Shown here: positions 1 to 11,056 of the stretch, piece by piece
Layout of the letters: every line of letters starts with the position of its first letter
How positions within the stretch are numbered: position 1 is the stretch's first letter
Assembly (NCBI GenBank): GCA_032718475.1
Contig: JAUCBJ010000155.1
Span: forward strand, 1-40,217
Source of the DNA: Nemertoderma westbladi
Lineage: Eukaryota; Animalia; Xenacoelomorpha
Direction: 5' to 3'
Length of the DNA stretch: 40,217 nt
Position numbers and translations under genes: made by a program
The notes under the pieces: generated by a model
The model's database searches: none
Told to the model about the DNA's origin: nothing
The model's input: the letters and a program-made list of their open reading frames with translations, nothing else

Positions 1-931
1 TTCACAGTACACATACGGAGGAAATAGGTCTTAGATCCTCTAAAAACACCGATACAGCAATAATACGGTCTCTTACACTTATTAAATCAACTACAGAGTA
101 TTTTAATGTAAAAGATAATAAAAATAACGGGGCAATTCAGCAAAGGCTTTTACAGAACCATCACAAACCCGTATAACGGAAGAAACAAGGTGACACAATC
201 AATTGATATATTTGATGGTTTTCAAAATTTGGTGCTAGCACCACATTTTGCACCCACATCCGAAAAATACAAGTTTGAGATGTCTAGTTCGATAATTATA
301 TTTTCCATTGAATTCAGAACAGCCATAAACCTCTAAAACGCAAGAAATAAATTCTCACAAGCAATTTTATCTATTGAATGGATTTTCAAAATTTCGTGCT
401 AGCACCAAAATTTGCACACAGCACCGAAAAATACAAGTTTGATACGCTTGGTGCAACTCGTATATATTTCTTCGAATCCAGAAACCCAAAAAACCCCAAT
501 TGCGTAAAAAACAAGTTTCAAACGATCAATTTACAAAATTGACTTATTTCAAAATTTGGTGCTGGCACCAAAATTTGGCACCCACCGAAAAAAACAAGTT
601 TAAAATTTCTAAATCAATTTATATGAATTCCATCAAATTTCTAACACCAAAAAAACCGTGTAAATAAAAAATAGAGATGTTACAATTCATATTTAATGAA
701 ATGTAATTTTCAAAAAACGTCTAAAAAAAAGTGCCAAAAGTAGGGTTAAAAAATGGCGCTATAACTCGAAAAGTACCCAATATTTTTGAAAACGGTTTTC
801 ACTACTAGGAAGACAATAGATTTTTAGGAAAAGTCATAAAATTTCAGATTCCCAACTGCGTTTGTTTCAGAATTATAATAAAAAAACCACGGGAGGGGTC
901 ATATTGACCCCCCCCCCCGGGTTTAATAGGG
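1..931. mobile_element. Right end of a non-autonomous piggyBac-like (TTAA-target) DNA transposon
   Basis: Ends in ...AATAGGG|TTAA (TTAA at 932-935), which reads TTAA|CCCTATT on the - strand. Subterminal palindrome GGGGTCA-tat-TGACCCC at 895-911. Three ~165-bp internal subrepeats (TTTCAAAATTTGGTGCTAGCACC...GAAAAATACAAGTTT) near 219, 383 and 547. No ORF; the left end is outside the window. Confidence 0.5.
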
Positions 932-936
932 TTAAT

Positions 937-1972
937 TGTCAATATCCTCTCTATATATGATTTTATGAATTTTATCGGCTATTGACTATATATTGGAGTT
1001 TCTCGCACACAAATACACTTAATAGAGTGAATCTCCGCTCCCATGATCTATTAATTAATGGAATTTTGGGAATGTTATAAATTGTATAAAAATAACAATT
1101 TATTAAATTCATTAAAATATATTAATTTAAATTTATTCCCGTAAATTTTATTATTTAATGTTAAATAGACACAATTTTATTCCAGAACGTGTCTGGGGAC
1201 TGGGATCCTTGATTCTAGGAATTTTGTCTTTTTAAGAGTATCGGTAAGTGCTACGATATCTTAATCGACTAGAATTTTAAAGGATCTGATATTTGACAGA
1301 TTTTGTAAATATTAATAATTAATATTTAGGATGGGCACCAGTTTATTCCAGAACTTGTCTGGGGACGTTAACCACTGATTCTAGAATTTTGTCTTTCAAG
1401 TATATCGGTGGGTGCCACGATATCTTAATCGACTAGAATTGCAGATGGTCAAAGGGTTTAACAGATTTATTTTGCGTTATACGCTACTGTTAAAGGGACA
1501 TCACGCTACTATATGTATTATTTAATATACGGTATGAGAGCAATATCGCACAAAGCAATGTCAGTGTGAAGAGGCAAGTCGTTTCCAAGGTCTACCCAGA
1601 GCTTGGTTTAGCCGAGACACGAGGATCTGAACTTTGCATCCCTAATACTCTACTTTACCAATAATACTTGAATATAGTAGTGGCTTTATTGTACTTTAAT
1701 AAGTACGGATATTTCATCTTACTGTAGTCACGTATTTATAATATGATACAAGTAAGGAAAGAGAAAAATAATTATTTCTCGCCGTCGCACTAAATATAAT
1801 ATACAGGTAATTAAGTAATAAACACTAATATATTGCACTAATCTACTAAATAATCGCTAAAATAACATTCTACTAAATAAAATTAAAGAAAACAATTATA
1901 ATAAAATTACATAATAATACATACATAATATAAAATACGGTAATAAAATAAATATAAAATAATATAGTCACA
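937..1972 (-). repeat. Candidate 3' LTR of the BEL/Pao element
   Basis: Bounded by TGTCAATA...TAGTCACA (imperfect inverted termini). On the - strand it follows the ORF stop and a short purine-rich tract (AGAGTGGGTG, 1973-1982) and contains AATAAA signals. No second LTR copy was found, so the boundaries are tentative. Confidence 0.35.
1177..1470. repeat. Two diverged ~130-bp direct repeats about 165 bp apart
   Basis: TTTATTCCAGAAC..GTCTGGGGAC...TGATTCTAG(G)AATTTTGTCTTT...TATCGGT..GTGC.ACGATATCTTAATCGACTAGAATT occurs at ~1177-1305 and ~1342-1470. Confidence 0.85.
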
Positions 1973-1990
1973 CACCCACTCTGTATGTTG

Positions 1991-4900
1991 TTACGTTATG
2001 GAGTCCCTAGATATTTGTTGGATTAGGGAGGTGGTCGTGGGAAGAGTATCTTGCCTTCCATAGTTTCCGGACAGTTTTCGGTCTCTTTCCAGTAAACATA
2101 AACGACCAGCTGGGCGATTGAGTGGTTGTGTTACTTTCTCCGCTCCCTTGGCCTGTCTAATCTTAGCCGGGGTAAGATGAGGAGGCCATTCATCTTCTTT
2201 ACTTAGGAAGTCGGGTCCACCTAACCATGCTGGAGTATCTATCAGTTCTTGAGGAGTTGCTCCTCTGGAAGCGATGTCGGCTAGATTGATCGTCTCGGGG
2301 CAATGTCTCCATTGATCTACATTGGAGTTGATGTCGTCATTATCTGAGGAGTATGGTCTTCCCTCAGTTGGATCGTCTAACTCACTGCTCTCATCTTCCC
2401 ATTCTCTTACTTGATATACCTGATCTTTCGGTAATCTTTCCATGAGAGTTCTACGGGATGGGCCAGTAAAGTACCAACCCACTCTAGTTCTTCCCGCATA
2501 AGCTTGTAGTGGTTGCGGTTGAGCAGGCCGTTTCTCCAATGTCTCGAGCGCTTCATGCGCGTTTTGACCGATGAGTATTTGCACTCCAGGGTAATCGGTG
2601 TTGAATCTAGGTATTTCAAGCTGCTGGGTGAAATCGTCCTCATCCCAGTTATAAGGTTCCACTTGGCTGGTAGCGAAGTTCTTTATCGCTACCATTTTTA
2701 CTGACCTTATGCTGTGTTCTCCTAGTTCATCCTGGGGGGTGGACAACGCGCCTACATAATAATCCGCTATTATGGTAGATTTCCAAACCTGCATAATTCC
2801 TGACATGTTTAGCTTAGTTCGGAACTTGGGTTGTCCAGCAAAGATGTCTTCGGCTAGTTTTTTGTCGATGAATGTTCCTGTGCTACCGGAGTCAAGGAGG
2901 GCGTTCACTACATAACTCCTTTTAGGTCCGTGGACCCTTACCTGTACTACAGGAAATTCTCGGATTCCTACATTGGAAGGTGGCCCTTTCCAAGATGGTT
3001 GTCGATCAGAAGTAGATAGGGTGAGGTCGCTGTCTGTATCTTTTTCATACGTGAGTGCTCGATACACTGCGGTATTTATCATGTAACAGGATTCGTTTTC
3101 GTCGGAGAACTCGTCCGTATAGAATCCTTCCATCTCAGATTGATCAGTGTCGTTCACATCACTGAATTGGACATGTGGTTCGGAATCACTCACCTGACTC
3201 GGACTATTTCGCTCGAATTCAGTGTGCAACAAGATATGATGTTTCGCACCGCACTTTGCACACCTTGTGTCGGAGTAACAGGTTCGCCGTTGGTGTCCTT
3301 GTCTGAGGCAATTATAACACAACCGCTTATCCCACATGACTTCCCGTCTCTCCGTTAATGATTTCTTCAGGAATTCATCACACATATTCAAACGGTGGGT
3401 CCCGTCACATAGCGCACATTTCGGTTTGATGTTACTTGCCTTATTTTGAATAACATTGTGCACACTCGTTCTTTCTTCGGGCTTTCTCACCTGAATTCTC
3501 TTGGGAGACGTAGGAGGAGTTTTTCTTACCTGTTCTCTCCTGTCATTGTTTCGAGACTTGAATTTACTTACCTGTTCTTTAGGCATTTTATTGACATAAT
3601 AAGATCTTTCAGTGTCTTTCCCGCTGTCTTCCTCTCGAGAAGCCTGGCTTTCGCCGTCGTCTGTATAACACACCGGTATTACCTTTCTCCTAGAAACGGG
3701 TTTCTCACTTACCTTATTTTCCGATATCTTCTCTCTGGACTGCTTTAGGAGCTGTAGTTTTACCTCGCTATCCAAGAATGACATGAGATCAGCCATGGTA
3801 GGATCTCTTCGTTGTTGTTCCATCATGTATAACACTGTCTTGCCCCAGCGTGTACCTACTCCGCCCTTGGGCAAATTAGATACTAAGGCTCCTACAACCA
3901 TAGAATTCTGGTATTCATGAGACTTACCTAACCAATCTAGTTGTCTACAGATCTCCTGAATCTCGTCGGAAAACTCTATAATCCCGCTGCTAAGAAACTT
4001 TTGGGGCGCCATTAATTTCGCATATAAATACCTAGCTATGTTAGTCCTATTACCATACCTGATGTTTAGGGTATCCCAAACTTGTCTTAATCCATCAGGA
4101 TGTCCAATAAACTTTAACGCCATTAACTTGGGAGATCCTTCCAAGCACTCGATGAGGAATCTAAGTTTCTCTCCATTAGATAGTACAGAGTTCTGTATGT
4201 TATCTTTATAATATTCATTAAAAGGTAACCATTTCATCTCATCTCCATTGAACTTGACTATCTCTCCCACCTTTACCGCTTGCCGGGCTTCTGTTCTAGC
4301 CATTTGACGCGTAAAGCTTTCTTGGGCCATCGTGTTATTTAATATCGAGTTATCGGTATATAAATTTCTCGGATTATGATCAGGTCTATAGGGAATATCA
4401 TTATCAACAGGTCTATAATTACCCTTAACAGGGTTCACTATAGGAGTTTCTACTTCGCTAGCAGTATATATGCGTGTAGGCTCCACACCTTGCGCATGAA
4501 ACACTTCAGACCTAACAGGTTGACACATTGTTACAGGGGGTGGTGGTATACCCTTTTGTGTATTTACTAATTTATCGCGTTCTAGCGCGATACTTTGCTG
4601 CACTTCTTGCAACTCTAACCTACTCTCTCTAATTGTTCCCTTTAACTGCTGCACAGTTCCCTCCATCTCCTGGGCCTGCTGAGAGGAGCGAGAATGTTGT
4701 TCCCTCAGCTGTCCGAGCAGGAGACCCATCTCCCGTCGTCCCTCATCTACCCACTCGACCGCCGAAGCGGGAGGCGCCAACGTTGTAGCGGGCGGACGAG
4801 GGACAACGGGTGACAAATCATGAATATTTCGCTCGGAGTCCAGGACATGAATATTATCCAGGGTGGTTCTGTGGGGCACAGATAGCTTAGTGCTGTGCAG

Positions 4901-6064
4901 AGGGAATTTAGAGGTAGGTTCAGGGAGTACAGGTGTCTCTATCACCGAAGGGGTGGCTTCGGGAACAGGCCTAATTATTTCAGGCTCATCTACTATAGTA
5001 GGGAGTCTTTCTATTTCAATTATTTGGTCTGTGGGTTCTGTACTACCTAAGTTTATGTTATTTAGTTGCTTTCTAACAGCTGGGGGCAAATCAGGCAATT
5101 TCTGGCGGTGGGATATTCTTCTACGTCTGCTTAGACGAGATCTATTTCCTCCGCCTTCAGTATCGGTGGTATCGCCTTCCTCAGATGATGTATACCCCTG
5201 TCTTTTGGGAGTAGATCGACTCATCATCTGCATATTACTAGCTGTTAACTGTTTATTGAAGTTGTCTTGCCTCTCTTGAAGATTTTCCAACTCTAGTTGG
5301 GTTGTCTCTTCAGATGCCCTCTGTTCTGCTTCTGCCACTGCTTTTGCTGCTGCCACTGCCGCTTTTCTTTCCGCTTCGGCCGCTGCCACTGCCGCTTTTC
5401 TTTCCGCTTCTGCCGCTGCCACTGCTACTGCCACTGCCGCTGTCTTTCTGTCTTCTATATGTTTTTTCTTTACTTGATCTTCTTGAACCTTAGCGATGTG
5501 GATGCTTTCATTGAATTTAGCTTGGTTCGCAGCTAACCTATCCACATCGATTGCGTCCAACACACGCTGGGCTCCTTCACTATTAGGGCTAAGCCCCTCT
5601 AGTCTTCTCCTCAACTCTTCATCTCCTACAAAACGTTGATAGTCCGACAGATAGATGTCAATGGCATCCCTCTTATGCGGCTTCTCTGCCGTCGCTTCAC
5701 TTTCCACTTGGGAAAAAGTAGCATCTGTTGATTCTCCATGGGTTGAGCGCTCATCCAGCTGGGCTTTCCACTGAGTCGTTCCTTGCACCTGGAGGCTCAC
5801 CCGTTGAAACCAAGTCTTTACGGCCACTTGCAATGACGTGTCTTGTCTTCTTTTAGAAGCCTCCTCAAAGGCCGATAAGATTAGCCTGATTCGTAGAATT
5901 CTTTCTCTAACTTGATAAAGCAGCTGTCCCTGCTCTTGAGGTCCTTGGGGTTGTTGAAACAGTTGTTTTTCTAATCGCTCCATGGAGCTGAAGAATCCCT
6001 GTACGTATCCGGCTGCGGACCTCTTCCACACAGCTGGATCGATGGTTTCCTTGGTTACTCCCAT
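1991..6064 (-). CDS. BEL/Pao retrotransposon Gag-protease polyprotein, internally deleted (no RT, no integrase core)
   Basis: BEL Gag core (KFNGDEMKWLPF...LSNGEKLRFLIECLEG...YGN; DUF1759-like). Three tandem zinc knuckles (CALCDGTHRLNMC, CYNCLRQGHQRRTC, CAKCGAKHH; ~3225-3420). Aspartic protease LLDSGS (~2885-2899) with ILIG and GWYFTG. Then only the RNase H C-terminus (QWRHCPETINLADIASRG...WLGGPDFL) and the integrase tail (RPAGRLCLLE). Confidence 0.9.
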   Translation of the reverse strand: MGVTKETIDPAVWKRSAAGYVQGFFSSMERLEKQLFQQPQGPQEQGQLLYQVRERILRIRLILSAFEEASKRRQDTSLQVAVKTWFQRVSLQVQGTTQWKAQLDERSTHGESTDATFSQVESEATAEKPHKRDAIDIYLSDYQRFVGDEELRRRLEGLSPNSEGAQRVLDAIDVDRLAANQAKFNESIHIAKVQEDQVKKKHIEDRKTAAVAVAVAAAEAERKAAVAAAEAERKAAVAAAKAVAEAEQRASEETTQLELENLQERQDNFNKQLTASNMQMMSRSTPKRQGYTSSEEGDTTDTEGGGNRSRLSRRRRISHRQKLPDLPPAVRKQLNNINLGSTEPTDQIIEIERLPTIVDEPEIIRPVPEATPSVIETPVLPEPTSKFPLHSTKLSVPHRTTLDNIHVLDSERNIHDLSPVVPRPPATTLAPPASAVEWVDEGRREMGLLLGQLREQHSRSSQQAQEMEGTVQQLKGTIRESRLELQEVQQSIALERDKLVNTQKGIPPPPVTMCQPVRSEVFHAQGVEPTRIYTASEVETPIVNPVKGNYRPVDNDIPYRPDHNPRNLYTDNSILNNTMAQESFTRQMARTEARQAVKVGEIVKFNGDEMKWLPFNEYYKDNIQNSVLSNGEKLRFLIECLEGSPKLMALKFIGHPDGLRQVWDTLNIRYGNRTNIARYLYAKLMAPQKFLSSGIIEFSDEIQEICRQLDWLGKSHEYQNSMVVGALVSNLPKGGVGTRWGKTVLYMMEQQRRDPTMADLMSFLDSEVKLQLLKQSREKISENKVSEKPVSRRKVIPVCYTDDGESQASREEDSGKDTERSYYVNKMPKEQVSKFKSRNNDRREQVRKTPPTSPKRIQVRKPEERTSVHNVIQNKASNIKPKCALCDGTHRLNMCDEFLKKSLTERREVMWDKRLCYNCLRQGHQRRTCYSDTRCAKCGAKHHILLHTEFERNSPSQVSDSEPHVQFSDVNDTDQSEMEGFYTDEFSDENESCYMINTAVYRALTYEKDTDSDLTLSTSDRQPSWKGPPSNVGIREFPVVQVRVHGPKRSYVVNALLDSGSTGTFIDKKLAEDIFAGQPKFRTKLNMSGIMQVWKSTIIADYYVGALSTPQDELGEHSIRSVKMVAIKNFATSQVEPYNWDEDDFTQQLEIPRFNTDYPGVQILIGQNAHEALETLEKRPAQPQPLQAYAGRTRVGWYFTGPSRRTLMERLPKDQVYQVREWEDESSELDDPTEGRPYSSDNDDINSNVDQWRHCPETINLADIASRGATPQELIDTPAWLGGPDFLSKEDEWPPHLTPAKIRQAKGAEKVTQPLNRPAGRLCLLERDRKLSGNYGRQDTLPTTTSLIQQISRDSIT

Positions 6065-6136
6065 CCTGTGTATATCTTCCCAGGCAGCTTCTGATAAATC
6101 AAACGGGAGTCCGGGTCAGGGGAAGTTCCATTGCGA

Positions 6137-6649
6137 CTAGACAATAGACTTCAGTTCTTCCCTTGTGTATCCTGCATAACTATCTTTAGTCGATTGCTTA
6201 TTTCTCGCCCAATCGATCTGGTGTTCTTCCACCGCAGTCAATAACCTAGTGAGTACGGCTGCAGGAAGGATGAGAAGGGGATCCGAATAAACCGCATCCG
6301 TCATCTTTGCTCCGCGCTTGGGTGTCAGCTCTACAGTATCCTCACTACTGGAGCCGTCGGGCCGTTGAGAAATAAGTTCTTGGCTCGCGGGTTGTTGCGG
6401 TTCCGCTGCTTCTTGGTCCCGCTTGACCTGAGCTCGAGTGCCTATGATAGACCTACGATGTTGGACTAGCCTAGGGTCTGATATTACTACTGTAGGGAGG
6501 GCCTTTCTTACAGTAGGAGGGGACTTAGACTTTGGTCTGGGATGTTCTATACTTTGATCTTGGTCACAGATCTTTTTAAGACACTGTCTAACAGTCATTC
6601 TAACACTTTCTATGAGACTATCTGACAGTGTTTGTTGTGAGTCAGACAT
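6137..6649 (-). CDS. Upstream ORF of the BEL element, probably the original Gag N-terminus
   Basis: 170-aa ATG-initiated ORF in the same frame as 1991-6064, separated from it by 24 codons that include its own TAG and one further TGA. Confidence 0.55.
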   Translation of the reverse strand: MSDSQQTLSDSLIESVRMTVRQCLKKICDQDQSIEHPRPKSKSPPTVRKALPTVVISDPRLVQHRRSIIGTRAQVKRDQEAAEPQQPASQELISQRPDGSSSEDTVELTPKRGAKMTDAVYSDPLLILPAAVLTRLLTAVEEHQIDWARNKQSTKDSYAGYTREELKSIV

Positions 6650-6782
6650 GTTTGATTGTACAGTTGAATGCCTACTGCTATATTACAGTTAAAGCAAGTC
6701 TAGTAATTCAGTATCACTGTTAGCCTAGTAATTAATTACCGATATCGTTACTCTATGTAACGTGATATATATACAATATATT

Positions 6783-7040
6783 AGAATACCGGTATACACT
6801 TATAGTATATATAAGTATTATTACAGACTAGGTTTGTCACAGAATACCGGTATGTAATTTCAGCACAAATATATATAAATATATAATTGGCCTATCGTGA
6901 ATACCGGTATACAGCTTACACTTATAATGTATATATATAGGTATAATTACAGACTAGAATTAATTACAGAATACCGGTATATAATTTAGCCTAAATTTAT
7001 AGAAATAAATATAATAAGCCTATTGTAAATACCGGTATGT
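6783..7040. repeat. Array of five ATACCGGTAT palindromes with alternating A/B spacers
   Basis: The palindrome starts at 6786, 6844, 6901, 6971 and 7029. Spacers 1 and 3 share ACACTTATA...TTACAGACTAG; spacers 2 and 4 share TAATTT...GCCTAT.GT. Confidence 0.85.
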
Positions 7041-9581
7041 CAATTATTTTAGAATAATTGAATTTCTGAATTTTAGGGGTTACTTGGTTACTTTACTTAC
7101 TTTATTACCGTTATTTGAGCAATAGTCCAACTGATATTGAGACCTAATTGTTGTATGGCAGGCCTACTATTTATAAATCGTTTGAGATGATTTATAATAT
7201 ATATACCCGTTTAAAATGGGTTTTGTCAATATTTGAAATAAATGTTATTATTTCTGGGGGAGTCACTACACAGAAGCTGTGCGCTCTCAGTGGAGTGCTA
7301 CTTGTTGGACACTAAAACAAATAATTCTAATTTTCCTAAGTTACTTAATACTACAAATTACGTACAATTCGGGTTGAGATGACAATCTCTAAATAAACAC
7401 AAAAATTTACAAGTACGAATTTTTAGGGTAATTTTACAAGAAGTCTACTAACCAGCCTAACAAAGGGTTAGAATATCTGGTTATTACAACGGACAGGTTA
7501 CTACGGTATTTGAAAATAATAAGTAGTAGTAAATATACTGCGTTGTCCAGATAGGAAAATACCACCGTCTGACGACTTATAGCCGTGGCGCTATAAGTAC
7601 TACGTTATGTATCACGGAGTGTTCCTACCTAGAAGTTAATTACCGTGGTCTACCAGAACTAACGTGCCTATTAACCACTTTACAACACAAATATACTGCC
7701 TACACACTAATCACCTTCGGAAAGCACTGTACACTAAACCCTAAATTAGGTACAAGTACTTGTACAACAAATAATCAGTAGTTAAAAATACTTGAACAGC
7801 TAAAAGAACCACGGTATCTGCCGGAGTGACCAAAGCATAAAATCTCCAGTCTTTACCTACGCCAAGCAGCCCTGATGTAGTACCGGGGTTAGTTTAACTA
7901 TAACGGTATGTATAACAAGCACAATTACTGTAGGAATAAACTTGGGGATATGAATGTTGCGAATAATCGCATAAACTCTGAATAATAAATATTACGCTAC
8001 GCGTACAGACTACTCAAACAAAATGCAGACCAAATACTGACAGACTACTATCAAGCCTAAACAAACTACAGTATATGCAGACTCCGAAATGATTAGTTAG
8101 TATGCGTTCTAACCTAGTAGTACGACTTATTCTTTCAAAGGGGGTTTACCTCACAGCACTTGAAGCCCCTACGTTCCTAACTAGCACTTTATCGGACAGA
8201 TGCTCTACACACACTGCAATCCGTTCAGACTTAACAACAGTCAGACAACTATCCAGCCTACAAATTATCTGTACAATCTGAGCTGGCTTACACGTCTTCT
8301 GCTCAATACTGGCCTACAAATAAATAAAACTGACAGAAATAGGCCTAAGTAAAATCCCAATAAAAACCAGGCGTCCCCGATTAATTATTAAGACCTACTG
8401 GTATATAATAATCAAAATCGAATAATACTGCTGTACTTGTACTGTTGTAAGTACCGGTCCGGATGATCAGGCAGTCAGGCCTACTGGTTACCGGTCGACC
8501 GGTACTATCAACTTGATTGCTTACGCCGCAATCAAGAAGCAATAACTGTTACTGTTCGCGCTTTTAAGACCTTTGGCAGTTTAACCCGCCAAATCTATAT
8601 GTCTTCTAGGTTATAAATCGACTTTAGCCTATGACAAGTATTTGACACAAATAAATCCAACATTAGCCGAAGCCAGTCTATGCGCGACCATTCACCCGCT
8701 GGATATACCCGGGAGACTGGATTTGGATGCTTTATTTTGATTGCGGTGCAGGCCTACCGTACTATTCGATTGATCGTTAATATAATTCCTGACAAATATC
8801 ATTCACTTTCGGGAAATATTAGCAGTTCCTTTAGGACGTGGCGCTCTATCTATATAAACAGAGGTATGGCTTACACTAAACACAACGGAATGGATTATAA
8901 GTTACACATAAGGCGCATTCTTTAGGAGATGCTTTGTTACGCGGACAAGCACATACAGACTATTGCACACCGCTGCACACTGAATTGCCGATAGTCACTG
9001 ATTTTAATCATATATAAAGAGAATAGCAACCGACATTTGTAGGGCCTATAAAATAGCATTCAATTCACTACGAACCACGATAATATAGGTCGCAATTGCT
9101 ATATGTAACCGGTCTCTCTAACCTTAGTGTATCAAGAAGATCGGGGTTTCTGATCGTTTATCGTTATTCTCCAAATAACAATATGTAAACAACCGATACA
9201 ATTAATAACAAACAGCAAATAGCAGTAAATAATGTGCAATACGTACCGTACCGTTATGTGTTCTTAGTGTCTCGTACCGGTAACAGTTATGTGTTCTTAT
9301 AATTAAAGCCGTTCTAATGTTGGAATAATTCAGAATAATTCCATAGCCAATGTTCATGGCATCAGGAAAACCAACACACTGAACCCTGTGAGCTGTTGCA
9401 GGTAGCTTTCAACACAAAGAGGAAAAGCTCTCATTGGCAGAGTTCCAGTTTCTATAAGCTTCATGAATGTCTAAATGCCAAACCTCCCTAGCCTTTGCAG
9501 CCCATAGCCAACACAAGGCTAAATCGCTCTGATTGGTCGATCATTGTTCTGATTGGTTAATCGAACAGAACAAAGAGGCCA

Positions 9582-9923
9582 TACGTACAGCAAATCGGCC
9601 AATCAGCCAGCAGAATGCATCACTCGAGCAAGGCAGTTTTAGTTTTCGATAACTTCTTAGAGATTCTGGATTTCCTGATCGAACTGAGATAAAGTTACTT
9701 TGTTTACCGCTTGGACTTGCTAGTGCAATTTACGTTTATCCGAACAAGCGTAGGTTCCTTTTCTGATCTTTTGTAGAATAGCGTCTAACGCGTTTGGTAC
9801 AACGCTCTCCTCCACTTTGGTGACAGGTTGTATCGGTGTTAAACCGGGACGATGGTAAGGGTTACGTACAGCAAATCGGCCAATCAGCCAGCAGAATGCA
9901 TCACTCGAGCAAGGCAGTTTTAG
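9582..9923 (+). repeat. Exact 61-bp direct repeat
   Basis: TACGTACAGCAAATCGGCCAATCAGCCAGCAGAATGCATCACTCGAGCAAGGCAGTTTTAG at 9582-9642 and 9863-9923. Confidence 0.95.
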
Positions 9924-11056
9924 AGTATTTGAGCGCATTGAGGGAAAACTGGATTGCGGAGAAAAAGGGCCACTTACATCCCGCAAAAGCTTTTACACAT
10001 ATTCTTTAGAATCATTAGCTAAATAATTTATTTGAGGTGTTGACCTTATAAATTAATATTTCAGTATCAATACTATCGGCATAAGGTAAGTTTTAATAAT
10101 TTTTACATATTTGGTTGCCTCCACACCTAAAAATATACTACTTTTAAAACACAAATTTCCTGTTAATACCTCTGCCTTTCATTAATCCTCTGTGCTCCTT
10201 TGGCTTGGGGTGCGTGGTGCAGATTAAGAGATTTATTCTTATTGGCAGTTTGGTTAAATTTCTTATTTATTTATTTAAATTTAATAAGTACCGATTTTGG
10301 GATAGATTTGCTCGATTTGAATCGGTATCTGATAACTGAGCCTCGTGCCGCGCGAAGGCCCCACGAACGTGTTATCTACAGACAGATGATTAGTGAATAT
10401 TCACTTTGCAGAAACCATAAAGTTTATCTTTAATAAGATAAAGAGATTCTTGGTGAACAAGTTATACCATAACAATGGCTTATGGCTTTAAAAATGTTGA
10501 AGGCCGAGGTATTGTGTCGAAGGTCCTATTCGGACATTCATCCTGGAACCTCATGTACTCAATTTTTTCGAACCTAAGTCCTCTTCGGATCTTCGACCTG
10601 GATGTGTGAGGCCTTCGATGACGGCCAGGCTCTGTACTTTATAGAAGAGGTCTGCATTACCTGGAAATCTTTCTCACACCGTCGTGTGAATTGTGAAACA
10701 CGATAAATGAAAATCTCGTATTGACAAAGTTAATAACGTCATACATTGATCTACTTAAAAAAGATACAATTACTTTTAAATCGCTTCAGGCTGTAAATCT
10801 CACTTATACAGTAACATACTGTAGGCCGTACTGTAGGGAGGTATCTAATTTCAGTCACATTATAGCCTTGTTCACTCGTCGAAGGAATTTAAGCCTATCG
10901 CACTGATTTATTGTGCATCCCACAATCGTAAGAACAAAATTGTTCAGTTTATTTAGAGTGTCAGATTTTTCAGGAAAAATTAAGTGACGGATGGCCATAA
11001 CATATCAATTTACTATTACATAAATACATGTTCTGGAATATGTAATAGTAGTAGGG

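Larger units (their letters stand above)
937..9300 (-). mobile_element. Non-autonomous BEL/Pao LTR retrotransposon (5' boundary uncertain)
   Basis: Gag-pro ORF, candidate PPT and 3' LTR, and a long non-coding upstream region with tandem repeats. No 5' LTR or PBS identified, so the right coordinate is only an estimate. Confidence 0.55.

Noticed and set aside
1177-1470. Tandem hammerhead ribozymes in the duplicated units
   Set aside because: No CTGANGA/GAAA core with compatible stems was seen on either strand.
2407-5536. Short ORFs overlapping or antisense to the BEL ORF, including the Cys/Phe- and Leu/Pro-rich ones at 5297-5536
   Set aside because: Shadow frames of the Gag coding sequence and its Ala-rich repeat; no independent motifs.
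6783-7040. CRISPR-like repeat-spacer pattern
   Set aside because: The repeat is only 10-13 bp and alternate spacers are homologous, so this is a diverged dimeric tandem repeat.
8668-8690. Primer-binding site for the BEL element (TGGTCGCGCATAG on the - strand)
   Set aside because: No adjacent copy of the candidate LTR, and I could not match it to a tRNA 3' end.
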